From NCBI GenBank assembly GCA_002189035.1, contig NEEC01000066.1, positions 1 through 50,036 of the forward strand: a DNA stretch of 50,036 nucleotides, written 5' to 3'. Shown piece after piece: positions 36,748 through 48,729 of this stretch (positions within the stretch are counted from its first letter, which is position 1; every line of letters starts with the position of its first letter). The translations under genes and the position numbers were made by a program. The DNA is from Utricularia gibba (taxonomy: Eukaryota; Plantae; Magnoliophyta). Under the pieces are notes generated by a model, which worked only from the letters and a program-made list of their open reading frames with translations, did not search any database and was not told where the DNA came from.

Positions 36748-38618
36748 TGGGACAGATTGCACCATTCCTTATTTTCAAATGTGCAACTCCACAATTTCAG
36801 CACCTCGAGATTGTGCAGCTCCATAATAGTTCTCGTCCGAGTTTCATCAATTAAATTGTCTTTGAGATACAATTTCTTGAGCAGACTTGGGAGAGGCAAT
36901 CCATCCCATGCCGTGCAGATCCACATGACCTTCAGATTTGGAAATCGGACTGCAGCATTAGAATACCATTTGGGCTCAGGTCTTCCACGCTCCAATTTCT
37001 CGAAGAGGAAAAAGAGCTCTCGGTGCCGGTGAAATCCACTTAGATACTTGATTACCTCTTTGTAATTACGCCTTTCATATAGTTGTGTACACATCATCAT
37101 TTCAAGCAATGGAAACTCTTCATCTTCCAATCCTTCTCTAAAGAAAAGCATAGAAGGTCTACAAATCTTCCAAACTCTCTTTGACCAATCAAACTGCATC
37201 CTTCCATCCATCTCCACATAAAAGTTGTTATCCCCCAAACTCCGCTTCTTCTCCAATATTTTCATCGCCCATTCGACAGTAGACTCTCCACAACCTTCCA
37301 ATCTGATGGACTGCAAGGATGAATCATCACGAAGATGAATGGATGCATCATTACCAACATAAACATTGCGAATCCAAACCCTTTCAAGTCGAGGGCAATC
37401 AATCTCAAGCCGACGATTCTCGTGATAGTAAGAAATCCCCAAGTATCTCAAACTATGTGATCCTACTACTATGGGGGTTTCATAGAAGCGAAGTTGGAGA
37501 GCCAAATGCTCGAGATTAGGCATATCCCGAATAGCACTTCGGATTGGCTCTAAGAAGTAACAATCACACATTCCCAATCTCTTGATCGATTTGGACAAAA
37601 AACGCTCAAACCAAAGCATCATCCTGTGACGTATACCAATTAATTGTTCCAACACGATGTCCTCCTCATCCTGATTAGGCAAATAATCTAATAAATCCAC
37701 TTGCCTCTTAATCACACATGCTACTTTTTCAGACAACACTTAACTCCCTTGTGGTCACAATAATCCGACTTCTGTTATTCCTATTAGGAAAGTGTACTAC
37801 TAATTCTTCCCAAGCATGACGATCCCATAAATCATCCAATACGATCAAGTATCTATGATCGAAAAGCTTCTGATGTAACATAGTCCCCAGATCTCTTACC
37901 TCTTGAGTTTTTTTATCATCTAACATCTCTTGAAGTATTTTTCGTAGATCATATTCTTGAGAAACAGTGACCCAATAGCATTCGTCGAAGTACTTCCTAG
38001 TCGCTGAAAGACCGTCATAAACTTTCCGTGCTAAAGCCGTTTTACCACTACCGCCCATACCAACGATCGCTATGACTTGTCGATCTTTGACCCCATTCAC
38101 AAGTTCCTCCTTTATCATTTGAAGGGGATGCTCAATTCCCACTAGAGTTGCTTCTTTTGTCTTCTTATATGGAAAATGATCCACTTCCTCCTTGGTACTC
38201 CTCGAGTAGCTTGATGATTCTTCCGGAATGCTTGCTGATTGGAGTGTGATCAACTTTAGTTCTTCACTCAAAAGATCAATATCTCGATTGATATCAAACA
38301 TGGCTTTGCAAAATTCATCCCCAACAAGATGAATATCATGCACTTTTTGATCAACAACATGATAATCAAGGATATCACTCCACTTGAAGACATACTGGCT
38401 GAATCTTTGAGACATGTCTCTTACCTCTCGAGTCACATCCCTGGACTTGAGGCTGTCCAGTAACTTCATCCAAGAACGAATCTTGTCTTCAAAATCACAG
38501 ATCTGCTTTAGATCAACTGCTAGTAGATTATATTTGTGGTGCGCCTGCATGGATTGGAGAAGCTGCAAAAGACAGAGCGCAGAGTAATAAGCAGATACTA
38601 TTCCCGATCCTCTTCCAT
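36330..38618 (-). pseudogene. NLR-C: CC and NB subdomain, ~1 kb internal deletion (GLPL, MHD and first LRR part lost), then two LRR modules and poly-Glu
   Basis: ORF 37729-38631 ends RIIVTTRELSVV*. ORF 36330-37739 resumes at DYLPNQDEEDIVLEQ. The ATG at 38618 is out of frame by 1 nt (ATG GAA GAG GAT CGG GAA TAG). Confidence 0.88.
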
Positions 38619-39799
38619 CGCCAATCACCAAACAAGATTAGTCACTGATTGGGTGCTGATCTGTAATTCTGCCCTGTATAGAAGAAAGATGCACCCCCAG
38701 AAATACTCCCCAGTTTTACATATAAGAAGAAATAGGTTCCTTGGAATGAAGAGAAGCTATGGGTTGCAAATGACTTGACTCAAGTTTTCTACTCATCTTC
38801 ACACGTCTCTGATATCTTATCTCTGAAAATTTTATCACCAAATAGCAGCCACATATTGAGTTCGGTTGGTGGGAATGCAACATCAACTATAAATGCATCA
38901 CAATTATTGTGAAAGAAGAGAAGCCAGGGACTCGGTCAAGATATATATTTCTTAAAGGAAAAATGGGCATCAATTGATATTAATCAATTATTTGCTCTGT
39001 ATCAATTGCTGTTAGTAGTTCACATTGCTGGTTCAGTTGTGAACCACCGCTAATCACCACCGTCGACAACACCAAGTTATGGCTTTGCAACATCATCGAT
39101 AAATTTAGAAGAATCGATGCTAATAGATGATGAGATATTCAATTTAATTTACAAAGTAAAATTATATTTTCATTTTTTTGTAAATTCAAGAAGAACATTT
39201 GTGCTTCAATTTGTTTAAGAAAATTGCGTTTTCTGTTTTGTTTTTAAATTTTGATTCTTTTTTTTCTCTTATTTAGGATTTAGTTGAACGTGATGTTATA
39301 TAATTAAAAAAATATGACACAATCAATTCTACATAAAAATAAGTACCACAAAAATATTTTTTATCCTATTTTCAATTATCAATCAAATATTTTTTTTTCA
39401 AAACATCTCTTTATGAGATTATTTAGCTTTTATTATCTCTATATTTCTATTAAAACATTTTTCCATATATGAATTTTATAAAATGGAACACAAAAACATC
39501 TTTAAATGATACGTAAATTGTTAAAAAAATCATATTACAATATACAATTTTTTATATGGCAATTCATATAAAAAATGCAGCAATTTTTTGTAAAAGTTGT
39601 AAATGAAGGATCATAGTTTTAGAATTAAATAAACATATATTTTGGAATCAGGGTTTTTGGATCAAATTATTTTGAGACAATGAAAAATTGAATATCAATA
39701 AATCAATCATTTCTTACTTGTAATGAATGCATAGTAACCCTACTACGCTACAACGTCTATTTCCTAATCATCATTTTCATTAGTATTCTTTTTTTTCTT

Positions 39800-41065
39800 A
39801 TTCTTCTTCTTTTTTTTTTCTTTTTCTTCTTTTTTTCTTCCAATGACAACAATACACCATCAACCATAACATAGAAGTCTTCATCTGCCCAATCATACCT
39901 TCTTTGTCTTAATATTTGTTTGGCTGATCTGATGGTTGATGCTCCGCAATTGCCTAATTGAACTTATGATAGTGTTGTAATACCACATATATCATCATCA
40001 TCTGAGATGATATTCAATGTTTCACACCCAAATATCCCAATAATTAGTAGCTGGGGAAATTGCTCTGCTCCACCTTCAAATACTTCAGAGCATCTGGACA
40101 ATTAATCTCCAACTTTTTCATTTGCTAAATCGCCCTTGGTACAGCTTGCACCATTCCTCATTTACAAATGTGCGACCCGAGAATCGCAGCTCCTCGAGAT
40201 TGCACAACTCAAGAATAGTTCTCGTTTGAGCTTCATCAATTAAAGTGCCACAGAGACACAGACAGCCACCTCGAGATTGCGATGGTGGCTGTCGCCACGC
40301 CCCCATCCAGTACAATTAAATACCTCTTATAAAAAATCTCACGATACAATTTAAACCCTAAATCTCTTACCTCATGAGTTACTTTATCATTTACCATATC
40401 TTGAAGTATTTTTCGTACATCATATTCTTGAGAAACAGTGACCCAATAACATTTTTCAAAGTGCTTCTTAGTCACTGAAAAATATTCATAAACTTTCTGT
40501 GCTAAAGCTGTTTTACCACTACCGCCCATACCGTCGATCGCTATAACTTGTTGATCTTTGATGTGATTCACAAGTTCCTCCTTTAGCTTTTGAAGCGCGC
40601 GCTCAATTCCCACTAGAGTTGCTGCCTCCTTGGTCTTCTTATAAGAGAGATGAACCACTTCTCCCTTGGTGCTTCTCAAGGAACTAGATGATTCTCCCCA
40701 ATGCTCGGTAGTTCTTCTATTAACACCGCTAATTCTTCATACAAAGTATGCACAGTTTTACCAAACTCAACGCCACACACTCCACGCTTTTGATCAACAA
40801 CGTGATAGTCGATCATATTACTCCAGTTGAAGGCACAATGGCTGAATCTTTGCAACAGGGCTTTTATACATGGGGTATGATCTGTTGCCGTGAGGCTCTC
40901 CAATAATGCTATCCAAGCGTGAACCTTGTCTCGAAAACCATGTATCTGCTCCATATCAACGGCAAGCAGTTTGTATTAGTTGTGCACTTGCACGGATTCA
41001 AGAAGCTGTAGGAGACGGAGCCCAGAGTGATAAGCTGATAGTAGTATTCTCGAATCCTCGGCCAT
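39800..41065 (-). pseudogene. NLR-E: CC and partial NB joined directly to the terminal LRR module
   Basis: ATG 41065 MAEDSRILL, an in-frame TAA in the CC, frameshift at ~40700, GMGGSGKT...YLIVLD, ~45 nt filler, then LCGTLIDEAQTRTILELCNLEEL...WADEDFYVMVD with further stops. Confidence 0.88.
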
Positions 41066-43351
41066 CGGCAGTCAATAAACTCGATTACTTGTTGGGTGCC
41101 GATCTTTAACCCGCCCCTGTTAAAGAGAGTCCCCAATTTCGCAAACCAGAAGAAGTGGGTTTAGGAGTTCAATCAAGAGAAGCTAGCACCGCAGCGTTCG
41201 CGAATGATAGAATCAACAGGAAGGCGGCGTTCTCCAATAAGAGTTTTTTTCTGCTTTCTCAAGAAACAGCACCCACACGTCTTTGAAAAAAACTTCTCAC
41301 AAATAATTGGTACGGACTCATATAAATTATTAGCTTTTAAAATCATGTTTGTAAAAATTACAAAGTTTTTTCCAACTTATTATTCATATTTTCCAAGTTC
41401 AACATTTTCCAAACATATTCCTTCGAATAATATCATTTTCCATGAGTTTTATTTAATTAGTTTTTTTAGACAAGTAATGAATTTCATTTATCCAATAGGT
41501 TTCCAAGTGCAAGTAAATCATGTTCGGTAAAGCTTTATATATATATATATATACAAAAATGATTAAAACCCTAATTATTTCAAATGATAACTAAATTTTT
41601 GTGTTGTGGCACTAAAGTCAAGCACAACAAATCAAAACATTAATGGATTAGTAGTCTATTAAAATCAACTATCACAAGTCTACTCTTGCGCAGAATTCTT
41701 TTCCATTCTATTAACTTTCTTTACACTTCCACCCTTCTTAAAAACGGTAATAGCATGCTTATACTCTAAAGCCTTGTTTGCTGTGAAGGTATTGATGGGG
41801 TACAAATCGGTTGAAGTAATTGGTTTCTGAAAAGGCTGTCGAAAGGAGATATGAGGGGATAGTACCAACCGACAGACCGATATGTATCAGAGATCTAACA
41901 GTGACAGCCGCATGCCACAGTCTGAAAAGCGGTCGAATCATAGCAAACATAGTCAGCGATCATATGAAAAGTAAGATCACAGTGCAAATACAAAAAGCAA
42001 CCGACACCTGCAGAAGTAAGGATCGGGCTGGATCAATCTCTTCTATAAACATGAGAAGTTCCGAAGGAAAAAAGGGGATTGGACCCAAAAAAGGATTCCT
42101 CAACTTGTATCTTCCTTCACCATCTCCGTCTAGTAGAAATCTTCTCCGACGAGCTCCGATGATTCCGTGTTTTTTTTATCTTACGATGGTTTTCATGTAA
42201 AAAATCTCCACCCACTTTCATTTCATCCAATCAAACCAAACGGATCACGGAAAGAAGCATACAAAGAAGCGACATTTCCAATTGTTTCTGTAACCCGAAA
42301 ATCGGCCCAATCCCATATACCGAATACCACCCCTAATAGGTATAAGATTGATTTATGATGTGTTTAACAAAATTATATTATTTGGTATGTGAGTATAATT
42401 ATATCTTATATATAAGTATAATAATATCCCATATACTAAAAATAATTATACTTATATAATATCCTTATATATGGATATTTTTATATCCATATATTTGGGT
42501 TTAGTTAAACCTAAATAATTTAAATACACTAATACTTAAACATATCAACTAAATAAAGCCTAACATGTAATAACAATTTGTAAAAAGTTTTCATATAAGA
42601 ACTAGATTGCGTACTTTATGAATTTAGATATTTAATGAGATATAAGAAAAATTTACTTCTATCTAATGTCAAATTTAACCCATATTTTCTCTCAATTTCT
42701 TTTTTGCCATTTTCATCACATTATTCTGTCTAAGAATATTGTTTTTTCTGTTTTGTTTTCTAATTATGATTCTTCTTTTTTTTCTCTTCTTTAGAATTTT
42801 GATGGGCTTAATATTATAAATTTAAAAAATATACACTAATCATCTTTACATCAAATTAAACCCCTAAAAAATCATTTTTATACCACTTTCAATTTACTAA
42901 TCAAATATGTTTTTTTCAAAACATCTCTTTATTAAAATATATTGACTTTTGTATTCATATATTTTTATTAAAATATTTTCTCATGTATCAAATTTACAAA
43001 AACAAACACATTGTTAAATAAAACTTAAATTGTTAATAAAATCATATTACAATATACAGTTTTTAGATCATATTTTCTTGTATGGCAATTTGTAAAAAAA
43101 TGCAGCTAATTCTTGTCGATCAGTGGTTTTTAGAATAAAATAAGGATGTTGATTAGCAACGTGGTTTTGAATTTATATTAAAAATGAAATGAGATAGGAT
43201 ATAAATATATATTTTGGAATCAAAATTTGTGGATCAAATCATTTTGAAGCATTGAAAAGTCAAACAATCAATAAACCACTGATTTCTTGGTTCTAATGAA
43301 TATGTAGAATGACTTTACACTACAACAATTATTTCCCAATCCTCATTTTCA

Positions 43352-46300
43352 TTAGTATCCTTTTTCTTTTTCTTCTTCCTCCAACCTCAATAATTTATCA
43401 TCAACCATGACATAGAATTCCTCATCTGCCCAATCATTCCTTCTTTCTCTTAATATTTTCTTGGCTGATCTAATGGTCGGGAATCCGCAATACCGTAACC
43501 GAATTGACGATAGCGTTGCAATATTACATGTAATATCACAAATATCGTCCCATGATAGAATTCCTGTTATTTGAAGAGTTCGTAGCTGGGGAAATTTCTC
43601 TTCTTCCACTTTCAAGGACTTGAGACCAACTGAACAACGAATGTTTAAGTGTTTCAGTTTGGTAAGTTGTCTTTGGGTCAGATTGCACCATTCCTCATTT
43701 TCAAATGTGCAAAACCGCAATTCCAGCACCTCGAGTGCAAATTGTCCTTGGGACAGATTGCACCATTCCTCATTTTCAAATTTGCAATCCCACAAGTCCA
43801 GCACCCCGGGTGCAACTCCATAATAGTTCTCGTCCGAGCTTCATCAATTAAAGTGTCAGAGAGGGGGGCTCCACCCCAGCATCCTTCTTCCTTTTCTTCA
43901 TCCTCTAAAATCAACAATTTATCATCAACCATGACAAAGAAGGCCCCATCTGCCCAATCCCTCCTTTCTCTTAATATTTTCGTGGCTGCTTTAATGGTCG
44001 AGGGTCCACAATACCTTAACCGAATCGACAATAGCATTGTAATATTACATGTAATATCACAAATACCGTCCTGCTCTCCTTTTATTCGAAGAGTTAGTAG
44101 CTGGGGAAATTGCTCTTCTTCCACTTTCAAGGACTTGAGACCAACTGGATGATAAATCCTTAACTCTTTCAGTTTAATAAATTTTCCTTGGGACGGATTG
44201 CACCATTCCTCATTTTCAAATGTGCAATCCCACAATTCCAGCACCTCGAGATTGTGCAACTCCATAATAGTTCTCGTCCGAGCTTCATCAATTAAAGTCT
44301 CAGAGAGTCGCAATTTCTTGAGCAAACTTGGGAGGGGGGATCCATCCCATGCTGCCCTCATTCTTATGACCTTCAGATTTGGAAATCGGACTACAGCATT
44401 AGAACACCATTTGGGTTTAGGAGGCCGTTTTCTAGAGTAAATCATACTTCTGTCAAAGAGGAAAAAGTTCTCTCGTTGCCGGTCTTTGTGAAATCCACTT
44501 AGATACTTGATTACGTCGTTGTAATTACCCCTTTCCATGTCATATAGTTGTGTACACATCATCATTTCAAGCAATGGAAGCTCTTCATCTTCCAATCCTT
44601 CTCTAAAGAAAAGCATAGAAGGTCTACAAATCTTCCAAACTCTCTTTGACCAATCAAACTGCATCCTTCCATCCATCTCCACATAAAAGTTGTTATCCCC
44701 CAAACTCCGCTTCTTCTCCAATATTTCCATCGCCCATTGACAGTAGACTCTCCACAACCTTCCAATCTGATCGACTGCAAGGATGAATCATCGCGAAGCA
44801 GAAAGGATGCATTACCAACACCGTGTAGCCAAAGCCTTTCAAGTCGAGGGCAATCAATCTCAAACCGACCATCTGCATCAGATCTACCAAACGGTACACA
44901 ACGGCGACAAAACCCCAAGTATCTCAAACTATGTGATCCTACTATGGTGGTTTCACAGTTGTGATATCGGAGAGCCAAATGCTCGAGATTAGGCATATCC
45001 CGAATAGCACTTTGGATTGACTCTTGAAAGTGATCACAACATTTTCCCAATCTCTTGATCGATTTGGACAAAAAAGTTTCAGTAGAAACATGCATCCAAA
45101 AATTTATACCCATTAATTGTTCCAGCACGATGTCCTCCTCATCCTGATTAGGCAAATCATCTAAAAATTTAAGTTGTGGCATCATCCTACATGAGTGTGT
45201 TTCAAAACCAAAATATTGTTGAACATTCCATAGAAGATTTCCTGGAAAATGATATTGCACAAGTGATTCAAAAGGAATAATATCCTTATTCATTCCATGA
45301 AAATGTGGAACCTTGATTCCTTTACACCCAAATATGCTACTAACTGAGAAAGTAGGATGCAGAAGCACTCCATAAATAAAGAGCTCCATTTTGACCACCT
45401 TGTTGCATTCAACGCAAAGTTGTGCACACGCATACTTCTTTATAGGTAAAATAGAATGTATCTGATGGAAGATTCTGCCATAACACGGCCTTGTACTACT
45501 ACTGCTCACCGGGACAATGTCACAAAACCCCATGAAATAAGTAGTGGAGCAATCCATACATCTCATTGCTTGAATAGTGTTCTTTTTTCTATTGAAAAAT
45601 ATTTCCATTCCTACTGCCGCACATACATTCTCAGCAGATGATTCCTTTCTGCATAGCCCAAACAAGAGATCATGCATTCTGATATATTCAATTTCCATAA
45701 CATCATTATATTCCCTAGCAAACACCATGTTCCTTTCAATAAGATCATCCAAATAATCTAGCGCAATCTCTTCCATCCCTCGACCTTTTTCTGGTCTTAT
45801 CATCGCCTCAACAATCCATGACCGTATGAAATCATCAACGCAGATATTTTCATCTTCAGCATAATATGAAAAACTAAGAAAGCATAATTTAAGATGAAGC
45901 GGAAGATTATCGTAGCTCAAGTATAATGTTTTCATACAACGCTCATCATCTTCCAAACTCACAAAGGATGTAACAGCATCTGCAACATTCCTCCAGGATT
46001 GCAAAGTCATATCAGATTTTGAGAGAAGCCCACTGATTGTGACAATTGATAAAGGAAGTCCTTTGCAATTTCGAGCAATCTCTCTTCCGATTCCTTGGAG
46101 CTCCTCCGGACATGGGACTTTTTTAGACAATAATTCCCAACTTGTCTTTTCATCTAATAAAGCCATTCGGTGAATAAGTACAGGGGAAAGAAATTTAGCA
46201 ACACTTAACTCCCTTGTGGTCACAATAATCCGACTTCCATTTTTCCTTTTAGGAAAGTATACAACTAATTCTTCCCAAGACTTAGGACTCCATAAATCAT

Positions 46301-47060
46301 CCAACACGATCAAGTACCTATGATCAAAAAGCTTCTGATGTAACATAGTCCCCAAATCTCTTACCTCTTGAGTGTTTTTATCATCTAACATCTTTTGAAG
46401 TATTTTTCGTACATCATATTCCTGAGAAACAGTGACCCAATAGTGTTTGTCGAAGTGCTTCCTAGTCACTGAAAAATCCTCATAAACTTTTCGTGCTAAA
46501 GCCGTTTTACCACTACCGCCCATACCGACGATCGCTATAACTTGTCGATCTTTGACGTGATTCACAAGTTCCTCCTTTATCTTTTGAAGGGGACGCTCAA
46601 TTCCCACTAGAGTTGCTGCTTCCCTGGTCTTCTCATAAGAGAGATGAACCACTTCCCCCTTGGTGCTCCTCGAGGAGCTAGAAGATGATTCTCCCCGAAT
46701 CCTCTTTAGTTCATCTATTAACACCACTAAGTCTTCATAGAAAGTATGCACAGCTCTACCAAACTCAACGCCATCCACTCCACACTTTTGATCCACAACA
46801 TGGTAGTCGATCATATTACTCCAATTGAAGGCACAATGGCTGAATCTTTGCAACAGGGCTTTTATACCTGGGGTATGATCTGTTGCCGTGAGGCTCTCCA
46901 ATAATTCTATCCAAGCGTGAATCTTGCCTTGAAAACCCTGTATCTGCTCCATTGCAACGGCAAGCAGTTTATATTTGTTGTGCACTTGCATAGATTCAAG
47001 AAGCTGCAGCAGGCGGAGCGCAGAGTGATAAGGTGATAGTATTCCCAAATCCTCGGCCAT
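43352..47060 (-). CDS. NLR-D: near-intact CC-NB-ARC-LRR with three serial LRR terminal modules
   Basis: ATG 47060 MAEDLGIL. Motifs GMGGSGKT, FDKHYWVTVSQ, LIVLDDLW, GSRIIVTTR, CKGLPL, CFLSF and MHDLL are all intact. A 1-nt deletion at ~44737 (TTGAC vs TTGGAC in paralogs) is likely an error. A 4-nt deletion at ~43808 shifts module 3 out of frame. About 1130 aa if only the first is repaired, about 1240 aa if both are. Confidence 0.8.
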
Positions 47061-48729
47061 CGCCAATCGCCAATCAATAAAGTCGATCACTGGTTGGGTG
47101 CGATCTGTCAAAAAGTCCCCAATTTGTCACACCAGAAGAAGTGGGCTTAGAAAACCCGCGCTGGAGTTCAATGAAGAGAAGGTAGCACCGCAGCGTTTGT
47201 GAATGATTGAGTCAACAGGAAGCTGGCGTTCTCCAATGTTCGTCATTCCTCTACCTTATCAACACACAGCAGCCACACGTCTTTGAAAAATCTTGACACA
47301 AATAATTGGTAGGGACTAAATTAGAAAGGTTTTTATTTCAAGTTCTTATTCATATTTTCTCGTAAAAAATTTATTACTTCCAATTGATGCATTTCAAAAC
47401 ATATCCCTTGGAATAATATCATTTTCGATAAGTTTTATTTGATGAATTTTCTTAGACAAGTAATGAATTCCATTTATCCAATAGGTTTCCAAGTGCAAAC
47501 AAGTTATATACGTTAAATTTTTCTTTATATGTATATATGATGATATCAGAAATCTACATATGTCACGTGGATAAGTACAGAGAATAAGGTACGTTTGCCC
47601 CCAAGATAGGGGTTGTAGAAGACGGAAAATTAGAGTTATTGTTAGCGTTAAATCGAAAAATCTTAAACAATATAGGGAAGATAACCTAAATCGGTCAGAG
47701 TAGAGTATATCTAGTTTGCTGCAATATGGTGATATCGTCTAAACGGCAAAAATCGGGTTTTGGCAAATTGATAAAATTGACATGCCTATAACGACAAGAA
47801 AATGATAACGTCAAACCAATTTCAACATAATCTGAAAAAGCATCCGACTCGCACCAATTCCAAAGAAATGGCACTTATATGTCAACGAGATCACAAATAC
47901 AGAAAATAGTTGACATCTATATAAATTGATCGAATAAATCTCTCCAATAAATAAAAAAATATTTGAAGATAAAAGCATTTTGTATTCTGCACATAACTCG
48001 TATTTCCCTTTTCTCTTCTAGTAAAACATTTTTTACGGTGATCACCTACAACTCCATAGTTTTTTTATTATAACGATTTCCACATAAAATCACGTGTTTT
48101 GTGTTATCGCTTTTATCACAGCAGTAAGCCGATTTTGTTAGCCCTTAAATCTAGAAACGAAAATACTGATTTCATAATTCAAAAGTCGGACCCATCGCTA
48201 ATCCAATTTCTAACCACAACAAATATATATATATATATATATATACAAAAATGATTAGAAATTCAATTATCTCAAATGATGAACTAAATATTTGGTGTTT
48301 TTGGTAAAATCAATTATCACAAGTCTACTCCTACGCAATATTCTTTCCCATTGTATTAACTTTCTTTAAGCTTCTGCCCTTCTGAAAAACAGTAATAGCG
48401 ATGCTTATTATATAAGAAATTTGTTGGGTGTGTTTTATAATTATTTAAAAATGTTATACTTAAATTGTGAGTATGATTGAATTCTTTATTCTCATAATTA
48501 AAATATCATATTAAAAGTGAAAAATTGTAAAATGTTTGCATGTAAGCATTAGATTGTGATTGTGATTATTTATTTATCTTCTTTTTATTTTTATTTTTAT
48601 GTCTATTTTTTCGATTAAATGGTAAAAACATGTCATTTGCATTTTGGAAGATACATACGTGAGATGCGGAAATGGGTGGATTCGCCCTACTCGTCAATCA
48701 GCTGCTCCTTTTGGTGCAGTGTGGTTAAT

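Noticed and set aside
42350-42560. Possible MITE with TGATGTGTTTAA / TTAAACATATCA ends
   Set aside because: Only a ~12-bp imperfect match in very AT-rich DNA, with no convincing TSD.
47061-47111. N-terminal extension or MADA motif on NLR-D
   Set aside because: The ORF track start is a non-ATG codon; the first ATG is 47060, and MAEDLGILSPYHSAL does not fit the MADA consensus well.
48226-48245. (AT)n tracts here and at ~41536-41552
   Set aside because: Ordinary short microsatellites within paralogous flanking sequence.
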